Below the pieces are notes generated by a model, which saw nothing but the letters and a program-made list of their open reading frames with translations, was not told where the DNA came from and did not search any database. Positions 53,600-64,000 of a stretch of 64,000 nucleotides of DNA are shown piece by piece; the stretch's first letter is position 1; each line of letters begins with the position of its first letter. The DNA lies in the NCBI GenBank assembly GCA_003693705.1, contig RBZT01000646.1:31228-95227 (forward strand), in the 5' to 3' direction. The DNA is from Polymyxa betae A26-41 (lineage: Eukaryota > Protista > Endomyxa: Phytomyxea). The position numbers and the translations under genes are program-made.

Positions 53600-54410
53600 A
53601 AAAGCGCAGTATCGAGTTATGAAATTGCCATAAAGGCGGCCTTGATTGGTACCATTCCTCTAAAATTAGCGCAGTCACAGATCCACCGATTAACTGACTC
53701 TCTATCATGTATTCGACCGCTAGCCACGCTCCCTTTCAGATGAAACTACATAGACGCTATAGTTCAAGACGTCACTGGACAGTTAGCAGAATTTAACAGA
53801 AAAGAACAAAGTAGAAATTCACTGCGTCCCGAGTCATACAGAAGAAAAAATAGCACAAAGCGAGGAAATCGACCAGCCAGCAAAAGCAGCTGCAGAGAAT
53901 GGCGAAGACGATCGACCATGAGCCATTTTCAAGAAGCGTGACGAAAACCAAACTGCAGAATTATCTGAAAGCAACTATTGGAACCTATCAATTTTGATGG
54001 ATACCCAGTAGAAGGGAAAATGAAACCCATCGCACACTACTAAGAAAGTCTGAACAGGCCATACACGAGCCAGAGTACATCTTAAAGAACGTCGGAATAG
54101 AATCGATAGATATCTGCTGACTTTGCAACAGGCACAAAGAAACAGCTGATCATCAATTGGTTCGTCGGAAAAAGTATCGAAAATGTTCAAAAAGATTCCG
54201 TGACACCATCAATCACATTCATGGCCCAATACTTGCGCTCACAAGTAAGGCAGTTACATAAATCACTCAGCACCGAAAGCTTGGAAAGCAGTAGAGCGGT
54301 ATCTGAAAGAGTATGTTCGAGTCCCTGTTGGATTGGGCGAGTGCTTTTCTGGGTCCTATTAAAAAGGCCGCTCGCTCTATATAGTTAGACATTATCGGAT
54401 GAAATAATTA
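53600..54410 (+). mobile_element. 5'-truncated, decayed non-LTR retrotransposon 3' end (RNase H plus CCHC zinc knuckle; I/Ingi/Tad1-like)
   Basis: EIAIKAAL, LTDSLSCI and VEIHCVPSHT...SEEIDQPAKAAA (RNase H), then TGH and C*LCNRHKETADHQL. Frameshifts and stops are present. Confidence 0.8.
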
Positions 54411-54655
54411 ATCGCTTCGAATACGAAGTAGAAGCACTGATAGATATTACTGCTGGACGCATGAGCACAAACAGCCATGCTCTTGGACACAGCACCGCCT
54501 GCTGACCAAAATCAACAAACCAGCAAAACCCGATTCAATCCATCTGTGCAGTGGTTGAGCGCGAACTTGGAGTGAATAAGACAGCTGTTAAACAATCACA
54601 TTCTTTGCCGATTACGAAAACGATTTTTCGAAGAAAATTTATCACAATGACGAAA

Positions 54656-55219
54656 TTATTGGTCCTGATCCTGCTGTTCAGCATTGTGGTTTAGCTCATC
54701 GACGACAGCCTTCACATCGGAGATGCGATGCTGGGCGGCCATCGTGTATCCCTGGAACAGATCGGCGATATCTTCATCGCCATCATCCTGCGCCTTCTGA
54801 GCATAGTCCGGCATCGTCTTCTCGAAATCGTGCATCTCCGAGACTAACGCCGATTGCAGATTATCGACGGAATCGCCCATCGCCTCGGACGTCGTCGGGT
54901 CTTGGCCGACGTAGCAATCGATGGCGTCCAGCGCTTGATGGGCGTGTCGCAGGTCGCTTTTCGACAGCGCCCGGAACAGGATGGCGGCCTTCGTGGCGCC
55001 TTCCTCATCAGCGCGTTCGGCGAAGTACGAGTAGCGGGCGGCCGAGGCGCCTTTCTCGAAGAAGATCTGGCGGAGATTGGCGGCGGAGGTCTCGGAGCAG
55101 CCGGCGGTGGCGGCGGCGTCCTGGTCGTCTTGGTGGACGACGGCCGAGAAGGCGCGAGTCGGCAGACGCCGGGCTGTGAGAGAGCGACGGACCAGGAAGC
55201 GGGTCGTGCAGGACAGCAT
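54656..55219 (-). CDS. Rubrerythrin-family (ferritin-like) protein with mitochondrial transit peptide, intronless
   Basis: Arg/Ser-rich, acid-free presequence MLSCTTRFLVRRSLTARRLPTRAFS. Core: NLRQIF...RYSYFAERADEEG...LFR...HAH...DPTT...GDSVDNLQSALVSEMHD...AQDDGDEDIADLF. Confidence 0.85.
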   Translation of the reverse strand: MLSCTTRFLVRRSLTARRLPTRAFSAVVHQDDQDAAATAGCSETSAANLRQIFFEKGASAARYSYFAERADEEGATKAAILFRALSKSDLRHAHQALDAIDCYVGQDPTTSEAMGDSVDNLQSALVSEMHDFEKTMPDYAQKAQDDGDEDIADLFQGYTMAAQHRISDVKAVVDELNHNAEQQDQDQ

Positions 55220-56231
55220 GATGGGAATGGAGGCACCGCTCGGAGTCCGTCGCGCAACCTGCTGCCAGGACAGCATGGACTGCGCTGTTTCTCGTGAATG
55301 CGGCCGCCTTTTGGTGGTGATGCGTGTTAAGAGCGGTGGAGCGAAGGCGAATAAGGCAGTCATGCCACCCTCCGGATAGCCTCTATCATCGGTAGGGCAC
55401 TGGCGCACAATTCAAGAACTCGCACTGGTTGACAGTCGCGCACTTTGTTATTGCGCAACTATATGCGTTCTTTTCTTTACTGAAGACTGAAAAGCTCGAA
55501 CCACCTGACTGCAGTTGTGCTGCGCAATTTGTGTCGCACTTTTTGGAAAGTTCAAAAATGTGAAATTACAAATCGTTTTTTTTGAAAAACTTTTAGAAAA
55601 ACCTTCAACCAACAAAGTAGGGACTGCCAGCCCTGCAAATTTCAGAGACGCAGCCTTCAGTCAGGGTTCCAATTGACAGCTTGCAGCATTCGTAAAGAGT
55701 TTTCAGACAACTTTCAAGAAATCGGCGAAGCTCTTGGAAATCCGAAAATCTCAAATCAGAAGAATTTCAGCTTGTAGAGAGCTGGATTTCGGTCGTGGCT
55801 GCTGCTGACCATCATGGCCAGTCAGGTCCAGTACGACGGTAGAATACCACAGATGTCGTCGTCGTAATCGGTGCCGTTAACCATGAGCAAATAAATATAG
55901 AATACATCTTCTAGATTGAAAGATAGAATATCTGTATTTAAACATCAACAACAGTGCTGATATCCGACAAGGAGGAAATCGACTGTAAAAACCCTAACCC
56001 CTTGAGCATAATGGCATCATCGTTGAGCAGAAATGTGATGGATCTGTTGCGACTCCCGGGAAGACACCACTCATTGCTGCAGCCAGCAGCGACCATCTTT
56101 GATCCGTAAAGAGTCGGGTGATCTCATATCAGGTCACCCGGCCGTAACGCCAATCTGCCAGCCAAACAGAAGTCGGGATACAGCATACATATCATAATGT
56201 TACAGACTGGAGCACCTCTATCCATGTGTCA

Positions 56232-56708
56232 TCATCCATATACGATACATACACATACAGCGCATAGACTTGATTGAACCTGGAAAAAAACAAACACGAC
56301 GATATGCAGCGCAATTCGGTCATTGGCGGTCAAGCCCTCGACCTGGGCCAGTACGTAGTCGAGCACGGGCCCGACGAACATCGCATAGAACAAGGTGACA
56401 CAGATCACACGGATCGGCCACGGCATCATACACATTACGGACAGGGCTACGCCGGCCAAGCCGTACACGCCCGCCGACCACGGACCGGGTCGTCGGGTGC
56501 CGGGAGGCGGCCGTTGCGATAGGTCCGCTAACTGATCTGTAACGTGTCAGTGTCTATGTTACGTGTCCGCGAGACGCCGGTGACCGAAGAAGGCGGGCGC
56601 CGCGGGCGCCCGGTGCGGTTGCAGCGCTGTCGGGCCGCTTGTCGGGTCGGCGATGGTGATCTGGGCCAGGACGACCAGCGCCATGATGACGGTAAACGTC
56701 CTCATCAT
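56232..56708 (-). CDS. Small signal-peptide/membrane protein, family member A (2 exons)
   Basis: MMRTFTVIMALVVLAQITIADP...APAFFG, intron, then YGLAGVALSVMCMMPWPIRVICVTLFYAMFVGPVLDYVL...HIVVFVFFQ. Confidence 0.65.
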
Positions 56709-56787
56709 CGGGAGGTTGAATGGGCTCGGCCAGGTTCGCAGTTTGTACGGCATGCGTGTGAGCGACTCTGAGAAAGGTTCCGTTAAA

Positions 56788-57720
56788 TTGTTGGGTCGCC
56801 AGAGCGCGCAGTTTGCTTGCCAGGTGAAGGATGTAACATTACTCGGAAGGCCTTATCCGAATGATTCAAACTGTAGTACTGACTGTTACCACATTCCATG
56901 AGCATCATGTTAATGGTCGCTATGACATTATAAGAGTCGTGACGTCAAGTCGATCCGGCCCTATACCCTATTACGTTACAGGCCTGAAACAGATATCGCA
57001 CCATATGCGCTATTCGAGGATATTTTCTCATTGACTGTTGATGCGCTAATTCATACGTTTCATGTATGCGATTATATTACGCTACAGGCATGTATGTAAC
57101 AGGAATCGGCTCTGGACGTCACAGCATTTCAAAATCGTTTTCGATATCGAGCTCTTGACGAAAGAGAAGCACGAGGGACAGTATGTGCGCCAGCCCTAAC
57201 CTACGAATCGCGATCGTCTTTGGCAGCTCCAGAGGCATCGGTATCGTAGGCATGACTGTCTTTGTGTAGAGCAGCGCAACGAGACCGATCCGAACCACAG
57301 AGTGGACGACACACACGAGCGCGATCAGGAAGGCCGCAAACGTGAGTAACGCCGGTCCACGCTGACGTACCGCAGCACCCTTTCCGGACTTCGTAACCTC
57401 ATTCAGCCTAACTGGGCAACATTAATCACCACGTTAACGTTACAACAGTACCAGTGCTTCGTTACCGACCCATGAACGCCGGAACAGATTCCGCTGGCAG
57501 AATGGCCATCGAGCCCAGCGACTCGATATCGATGACAAAGGCGGTGGCGTCCGCATCGCAGCTGGTCGCGACGACGCCGACGGCGAGTATGGCTGCAGCG
57601 GCGATCAGCGCAGTGGTTCGGATCGTCATGAGATTGCTGGCGGACATGACCAGACGCCGAGAAATGTGGCATGACAGACAGCCACGCAGTTTCAATCTGT
57701 CGACGGACCGAAATGGTTCT
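56788..57720. repeat. Segmental duplication copy 1 (paired with about 61946-62870)
   Basis: Colinear near-identical blocks, e.g. TTGGGTCGCCAGA, CCATGAGCATCATGTTAATGGTCGCTATG, CAGTACCAGTGCTTCGTTACCGACCC and GGACCGAAATG. Confidence 0.95.
57119..57647 (-). CDS. Small signal-peptide/membrane protein, family member B (2 exons)
   Basis: MSASNLMTIRTTALIAAAAILAVGVVATS...SVPAFMGR, intron, then GPALLTFAAFLIALVCVVHSVVRIGLVALLYTKTVMPTIPMPL...FEML*. Confidence 0.65.
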
Positions 57721-57811
57721 CCTCTTCTTTCTTTCTTTCTCTCTCTCTCTCTGTCTCTCTGTCTCTCTCTCTCTCTCTTACTCTCTTTCTCTCTCTTTCT
57801 CGCTCGCTCTC
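57719..57811. repeat. (CT)n-rich microsatellite
   Basis: ctttctttctctctctctctctgtctctct... Confidence 0.95.
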
Positions 57812-57849
57812 TGGTTTTAGATTCTGATTACACGATTTTGGCGTTTTAA

Positions 57850-59050
57850 CATTCCGCATGGTTCAGAATGTTTATTCATTGCGAATTGAGGTCCAGATTC
57901 CCCAGATCGATACAAGACGGGGCGCCACTCATCTTCGAGCCAAATGCCGTGGAGCTTCATGCATATTTCGATAGATTTATTTCGATAGATTTTGATTGCA
58001 ATTGCAGCTGCAGATCGTCAACAGATTGGAACGTATACAATGCCGAGTTCTATTCATCAATGCGTAAAACCCTAAATTCCTTCGCTTATCACTCTGTAAA
58101 CCCCTAAATCTTACTCTGCATTTTTTATGAGATTCCGGTGCGGAATTGGCACCTATCGGGACAGTACGATCGCCCCTCTGGTCAGACACTTTTCGCAGCT
58201 TCGCCGTTTCTCATCGTTATTGTTTGGGATTGGCTCAGAGATCAACTCTTTTTAGAATCCCAACCGCCTCATTTACTGTGAGCCCTTTTATTGTTGAAGC
58301 GTTACAATACTGAACATGCCAACCGTTCTAGGTCTGGATCGGACGAACAAACGTTGCGGGAATGGATCTGGACATTTGTCGAACCAATTGCCAATATGGA
58401 TGTCGTATGTAGCGAAGCGGCTGGAATCTACAGTATGCACAATCCTCTGAATTGCAATAGTGTGGGAGAATCGATTCATGGGAGCAAAAAAGAGCCAAAA
58501 ATGTTTTGTTTCTTTGGAGGGAAGAGATTTTAAAACGGACTTCTTTTGATTCGAAGTGGAAGCCTCATAAATCCCATAATCGAGGAGTCCGATATGAAAC
58601 TGGGCTTTGTGTTCGTACAGAGCATATTGTTTGGGCGTATGGTCGTCTTCCCATGCGGCGAAGGTCCCTATGTTCGTCCAGCACGAAATGCCTGCAGTAT
58701 TTCGGAATCGCTGACGAAGGGAGAGTTAACAATAGCAGATAAATGGTGCCGAGAGCGCCGAGATTTGATTATTCATTGATAATGGCAGTTGAAGCGTCAT
58801 GCAAAAGAAGATCAGGGCGCGTTATGAAACTGTTATCAGGCGATTAGAACAGCCTGGTGTGCTACATCAGATATTTCGGCATGCTCAGCATCTTCACCCG
58901 AACTGCTTTCATTCAGTTGTTAACTTGACCCTATTACTATCGAAATGAATATTACAGACTTGGCATTTTGGAAGCAATAGACAACAAAGTGACACTTTTT
59001 GCGACCCCAAATTGTGACAATTTTTAAAAAATGTTTTTGACACCATTTGA
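57850..59050 (+). mobile_element. Decayed PIF/Harbinger-ISL2EU (DDE_Tnp_4-type) transposase; termini not identified
   Basis: DEQTLREWIW, WKPHKSHNRGVRYETGLCVRTEHIVWAYG, FPCG, GELTIADK and RARYETVIRRLEQ-GVLHQIFRH---H--CF, with frameshifts. Confidence 0.8.
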
Positions 59051-59221
59051 CAGCAATAAATAAGGAATACGAAAGAGGGTTATAAATACTCTATTGCGAA
59101 AATTCGGATTGAAACCAGCAAATGACAAATCCGGAGCATTTTCGGGTGTTTCCCGCCATCTCCGAGGCAGACATCCCCGTGGAAATTTGTGCGCAAGCCA
59201 GGTTAGTCCCGATCTTTCTCG

Positions 59222-59736
59222 ATGATCGCCGCCCGGCGACTCTGTGCGGTCGTGCTGGTCCTGTCCCTGATCGGGGCCGCCGACCCGCCCCTACGGCGCA
59301 GCTGGCGCCACAACCGCTGAAGATTCGGCCCGCGTCCGGGGTTCCCGCCTGCATTGGTGCGCGAATCGCCCCGGGTGGGGTGGGGGGGGGGGGTCGTACT
59401 GGCCGCGCGCGCTCGCTGACGTGCGTTTCCTCCATAGGCAACCTGTACGTGTCGTACCATTGCAGGCGGGTGAATTGGGTGGCGATCTACGGGGTTCGCC
59501 TGCTCGTAGTTATGGTCCTGTGTAAAGTCAATCCGACCGCGCGAACGTTACTGGCCGCGGTCTGGTACTGGCTCTTAGAGCAGCCGCTCTGCCGGTCCTG
59601 GCTGATTCGATCGGGAGTAAAGTCACGACGCAGTCATCGACATGCGGATCTGCTTCTGTTCGCGTTTATGCAGATCTATATATGTTTGTTGGCGTTACTC
59701 ACCAGTAAGTTAAGGTCGCTACTGAATGGATCGTAA
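59222..59736 (+). pseudogene. Small signal-peptide/membrane protein, family member C (frameshift near 59287)
   Basis: MIAARRLCAVVLVLSLIGAADP, frameshift, PTAQLAPQPLKIRPASGVPACIG, then intron (about 59357-59437) and YGVRLLVVMVLCKVNPTARTLLAAVWYWLLEQPLCRSWL...LLLFAFMQ. Confidence 0.55.
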
Positions 59737-60651
59737 CGCCCGTCTCTCATTCTTCCGCGACTGGAAACGTTCGAGTCTCTGCAATAAATATCTCTTCCCA
59801 TATTCTCGTCTTCCGACCGGTCCTTGTTGCCGTGATCTTCGCCGTGCAGCCGATCGCTTACGGAGCTGTTAGACGATCTCGATAATGCTGCTGTGCAATC
59901 GCCGTTTCCACGCTGGTTTGAGTGGCACTGCTCGGTAGAGCTCTTTCTGCGGTCCGGATAATCGACCATCGTCTACGAAAGCTTGATATTCTGCTTTCTT
60001 TGGATTCTTCATGCAAAAGAGAGCGCTGATGGAAAAAACAGGCATTAATCCGCCCTTGGGCATTCCGCGGGATTATGATCGCCACGATTGATGTTTGCTG
60101 ATGACCGCGCAGGCGATATGGTGACAATCTACTATAGTCAATGTAGGACCTTAATAGGTATATTAAAGGGCAATAATTGATCAGGCTGTCGAATCCAGCC
60201 CCAAACGCGTCTAGCTAAATCCTCCTAATAGTCGAGCGCAAATAATGCTTTCTGCGTTTGGAAATTGCGCGCAACCCTAGGCAACAACTACTGAATCTGT
60301 TTGATAATTTCAAAACTTCAGACTTCTATGTATATCTCGGAGTTTCGTGTATGCCCATTTTGCACCGAGATTTGTTTAACGGATACTTCCCCATTCGGCA
60401 TGATAACGGCCGTGAAACGTTAGACACAGGCTACTCAGGCTTATTCATCTTACCCGTCGATTTACTACAACTTGGTCTAGGATTCTCGTTCGCAGAAATC
60501 TCTCAATACGTACTTTTTCGGTTTCGAAGCGGTTTCACATGATCGGCGACACACAGAGGTTTGGTAGGACTTCAGAGTTTGGGAAACCGCTCTTCTGCGA
60601 AATGCAACATACTGACCATGCTGATCAATTACATCTTTCCAGGCCTGAACT

Positions 60652-61192
60652 CATGAATGCCGAATAAATTCATCTTCAGGAATATTTCATCAAAAAAGTT
60701 TCCGAGCCAAACCCTGAAGAAAGGAATTTTTAGTCCGTGACAAGAATGAATATTAATATTTATCCCTTCTGAGGGATTTAGTTATCTGCGGAAGGGGGAG
60801 AACTTATTCATGTTTATTCTATATCCGAGTGGAGACGTTCGATGGCCAAAGTTGTCGGCTCACTTTCAGAAACAGATTCATTTCAAGATATCAACCCTTT
60901 ACACATGTTACTAATGGGGCGACTGAACTTCAAGTCAAGGTAGCGAGACGCACTCGGAGTTTTGGGTCGTTTCACCTACAATAAATGTGCATCGGTGCTT
61001 TCACGGCAATTGGAATATTAATTCTTTATTCCGGACTTATTGGCTTTCTTCTCATGTGATGAAGGAATAAGTTATTTACTAAGGCAGCTCAAGCGGAGTA
61101 ATTTTATTCCGCTGCAGACTGAGAGGAATAATAACATATTCCGGAAGCTGTTCCCATGAAATAAATAGTGTTTATCTATTTCGGCATCCCTG
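60652..61192. mobile_element. Possible degenerate MITE (hAT-like ends) with internal GAATAA/TTATTC repeats
   Basis: CATGAATGCCGAA at the left and TTCGGCATCCCTG at the right form an imperfect inverted pair. Many GAATA/TATTC motifs lie inside. No clean TSD. Confidence 0.35.
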
Positions 61193-61945
61193 CAGTGAAT
61201 CTCAGACACATTGGAAAATATATGGGGCTCTTTTGGACTGGCGATTCTCTATAATTCTGTTTAATGATAAAATAAAAGCTGAATATTGTAAATATATTCT
61301 TACTCCCATGTTGGTCTCTAACCATTAGAACGTGACCTTCGCAAACGTCGAAAGAAGTCAAATTCGTTTCAAAATACTGGCAGTTAAAGATGGCTTGCTG
61401 TTCTGCCCTTATTGTAGATGCACAGCCGGATGAGGATCGGTGTTACTTCAGCGAAAATTCGTTCTTATATGCGATGCCGTAAAAGTCACAAGCTAGTCAC
61501 GGACCGCGGAACTACCCTGGAAGAATTACAGTTTGATAAAATTACCATTACGATTTTACAGCACTAACTCCAACGACTATCACGATTTAGTAGAAGTGCT
61601 ATAGCCCCAAACACGTATGGCTCCTGGAAAGACTGCAATAATCCCGTGAACTTCAGATCTTTCGGACTTGCGCAGCCTCATTCTTCTGTCGCATACAGTC
61701 CTGCGCCTGGTCAAGCTCACCTGTCCAGACCCAACCTGTCTATCTCCAGCCGTGACGGTCGTAGTGCGGTGGTCAGGGGTCCGAACTGTAAGCCGTCACG
61801 TTCACGGCGATGCACCCCCCCCCCCGTACGGATTGGTGCAGTGATTACCCTGATACTGAATAGCTCCAATATTGGTAGGTCTATGCTCAGATAACTGGTC
61901 AACAGTTAACTGCTTTCAGAGGCCGTTGGACCAGGCAACGCCTTC

Positions 61946-62870
61946 ATGTTGGGTCGCCAGAACGCGCAGTTTGCTTGTCAGGACACAGTTTCAGACGGAT
62001 GTAACATTACTCGGTAGGTCTTCGAATGATTCAAACCGTCATACTGACTCTTTACACATTCCATGAGCATCATGTTAATGGTCGCTATGGCATTATAAGA
62101 CTCGTGACGTCTATACCCTATTACGTTACAGGCCTGAAACCGGAATCGCCCTATATGCGCTATTCGAGGATCTTTTCTCATTGGCTGTTGATGTGCTGAT
62201 TCAAAAGTTACATGTATGCGATTATATTACGTTACAGTCATGACTGTAACAGGAATCGGCTCTGGTCGTCACAGCATGTCAAAATCGGGTTCGATATCAG
62301 GCCCTTTCCGAATGAGAAACCCGATGCACAGCATGTAAGACAGACAGATCGTATGAAGAGCGATCAGCTTGGGCAGGCCCACCTGCCTCGGTATCGTAGG
62401 CATGAGTGCCTTCGTTTAGAACAGCGCAACGAGACCGATCAGAGCCACAGCGGGGGCGTCACACATGAGCGCAATCAGGAAGGCCGCAAAAGCGAGCAAC
62501 GCCGGTCCATACGGACGAAACGCAGCACCATTTGCGGACACCGTCACCTCATTCAGCCTCACTGGGCAACATCAACCACCACGTTACAACAGTACCAGTG
62601 CTTCGTTACCGACCCGTGAACGCCGGAACAGATTTAGATGGCAGAATGGCCATCGATCCCAGCGACTCGTTATTGAGGACAGAGGCGGTGTTTTCGTCAT
62701 AACAGCTGGTCGCGATGATGCCGACGGCGAGTATGGCTGCGGCGATCAGCGCAGTGGTTCGGATTGCCATGAGATTGCTGGCGGAAATGGCCAATTGATC
62801 AAACGCCGAGAAATGTAACGATGACCGACAGTCACGCAGATTCCATCAGTCGATGGACCGAAATGATTCC
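61946..62870. repeat. Segmental duplication copy 2 (paired with 56788-57720)
   Basis: Same colinear blocks as copy 1, also followed by CT microsatellite. Confidence 0.95.
62269..62770 (-). pseudogene. Small signal-peptide/membrane protein, family member D (recent paralog of B with nonsense codon)
   Basis: MAIRTTALIAAAILAVGIIATS...SVPAFTGR|...ALMCDAPAVALIGLVALF*TKALMPTIP...FDML*. TAA at 62416-62418 replaces the Tyr codon TAC of member B. Confidence 0.65.
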
Positions 62871-63107
62871 CTGTTCTGTCTCTCTTTCTCTCTTTGTCTC
62901 TCCCTTGTCTATCTATTTCTCTCTGTCTCTTCTCTTTCTCATTGTCTCGCTCTTGTCTCTCTTTCTCTTTCTCTCTTTCTCTCTCTTGTCTCTCTCTTGT
63001 CTCTCTATTTCTCTCTTTCTCTCTGGATCTCTTTCTCTCCCTCTTTCCCTCTGTCCCTCTTGTCTCTCTCTCTCTCTTTCTCTCTTTCTCTCTCTTGTCT
63101 CTCTCTC
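62871..63107. repeat. CT-rich microsatellite/low-complexity tract
   Basis: Long pyrimidine tract. Confidence 0.95.
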
Positions 63108-63724
63108 ATTGATTTATTGAAAAAGTTTTTAATTCAAGGCTGCCGCTCTGGCCCGCACCAACACCGCACTCAGGTCGAATGTAAAGGACTCCGACCGTCG
63201 CGTGGTAGTCTACAGGCGTAAGAGCCACTGCTTAGATTTAGTGGAAGGGAAACCGCCAGTGCTGAACGCCATAGCTGTAAAAGGGTCACGAAAACAATTG
63301 TGGTATTGAAGGCGTTTCTCCTTCTCTCGAAATGCAAGCAGGTATCCAAGCTGTCTTCTCGTCCACTCTGCCGTCGGTTCGCCTGGCTGTTTGATGATTG
63401 TCTTGATGCGCTCCAGGTACAAGGGTGCCAGGGGTGCCGCAAACGTAATGTCGATGACCCCTGCCCCGCCGTCTGTGGCCGCCGGTCCCTTCACTTGAAT
63501 GTCCCACGGCTTTTGGGATCGGAGCCCGGTGCATCAGCTGTGGGCTCGAGCGATGCCTTGGAGCCGAGCGCGGACACACGATCCGCCAGGATGTCACGAA
63601 TCATGTTGTGCCTGGCGATTCGCGGTCCGGACGCTCTGCTCTGGCACCATTCTGCGTGTAAGAAGAACTCGGGTTCGTTACAGGATGAGCACGATCCGGA
63701 CGGCGCTGAAAAGAGAAGACGGAG
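63108..63724 (-). mobile_element. 5'-truncated RLE (restriction-like endonuclease) non-LTR retrotransposon, CRE/R2-like
   Basis: HAEWC...RIARHNMIRDIL (end of zinc knuckle plus RHN), R-DI (frameshifted), VIDIT, EKEKRLQY and FTAMAFSTGG. Short 3' UTR with AATAAA runs directly into (GA)n. Confidence 0.8.
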
Positions 63725-63725
63725 T

Positions 63726-63980
63726 TTCTCTCTCTCTTTCTCTCTCTTGTCTCTCTATTTCTCTCTTTCTCTCTGGATCTCTTTCTCTCCCTCTTTCCCT
63801 CTGTCCCTCTTGTCTCTCTTTCTCTCTTTCTCTCTCTTGTCTCTCTCTCATTGATTTATTGAAAAAGTTTTTAATTCAAGGCTGCCGCTCTGGCCCGCAC
63901 CAACACCGCTCTCTTTCTCTTTCTCTTCCTCTTTGTCTCTCTTGTCTCTTTCTTTCTCTCAGTCTCTCTTGTCTCTTTTG
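63726..63980. repeat. CT-rich tract containing a second 60-bp copy (63850-63909) of the RLE element 3' end; direct repeat of about 62991-63167
   Basis: ATTGATTTATTGAAAAAGTTTTTAATTCAAGGCTGCCGCTCTGGCCCGCACCAACACCGC is identical at 63108 and 63850, and the upstream CT block with its GGATC landmark is also repeated. Confidence 0.9.
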
Positions 63981-64000
63981 TTATGAATCTACTGGGATAC

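Noticed and set aside
55987-56001. AAAACCCTAACCC telomere-like motif (also near 51467 and 58067)
   Set aside because: Single units only, not a telomeric array.
62821-63221. Leu/Ser-rich ORFs that look like membrane proteins
   Set aside because: These are translations of CT microsatellite.
63300-63854. 184-aa plus-strand ORF
   Set aside because: It is the antisense shadow of the RLE element plus CT repeat.

Overview
Eukaryotic genomic DNA from a compact, intron-rich protist genome. Introns are mostly 45-60 nt GT-AG, with some GC-AG, and intergenic spacers are very short. Gene content and style suggest a plasmodiophorid (Phytomyxea, Rhizaria), but that is inference only. Positions 1-42.5 kb are gene-dense. 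They encode a degenerate 5'-nucleotidase-like protein, REEP/Yop1, CCDC112-like, a polysaccharide (chitin) deacetylase, GDP-mannose 4,6-dehydratase, a CDF zinc transporter, an F-BAR/RhoGAP, an intronless Tse2-like ADP-ribosyltransferase toxin, a triple-SPRY protein, a methyltransferase-like protein, a head-to-head pair of paralogous TRP-like channels, a bacterial-type PEP synthase with many introns, HIG1, RPS25, eIF1A, a possible HORMA protein, NRAMP, an XRCC4/PAXX-like protein and an intronless alpha-helical DUF6895-like protein. Positions 42.5-64 kb are gene-poor and repeat-rich. They hold about 8 kb of unresolved decayed sequence with an N gap, a hAT deletion derivative with TIRs and an 8-bp TSD, a LINE 3' end, a mitochondrion-targeted rubrerythrin with eroded iron ligands, an ISL2EU/Harbinger remnant, and an RLE retrotransposon fragment embedded in CT microsatellite. 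The most notable observation is a cluster of four divergent small signal-peptide/membrane genes sharing a PAxxG motif and a C-x6-R-x7-Y-x5-P motif; I do not recognise the family. All gene models were spliced by eye, so terminal coordinates are approximate.
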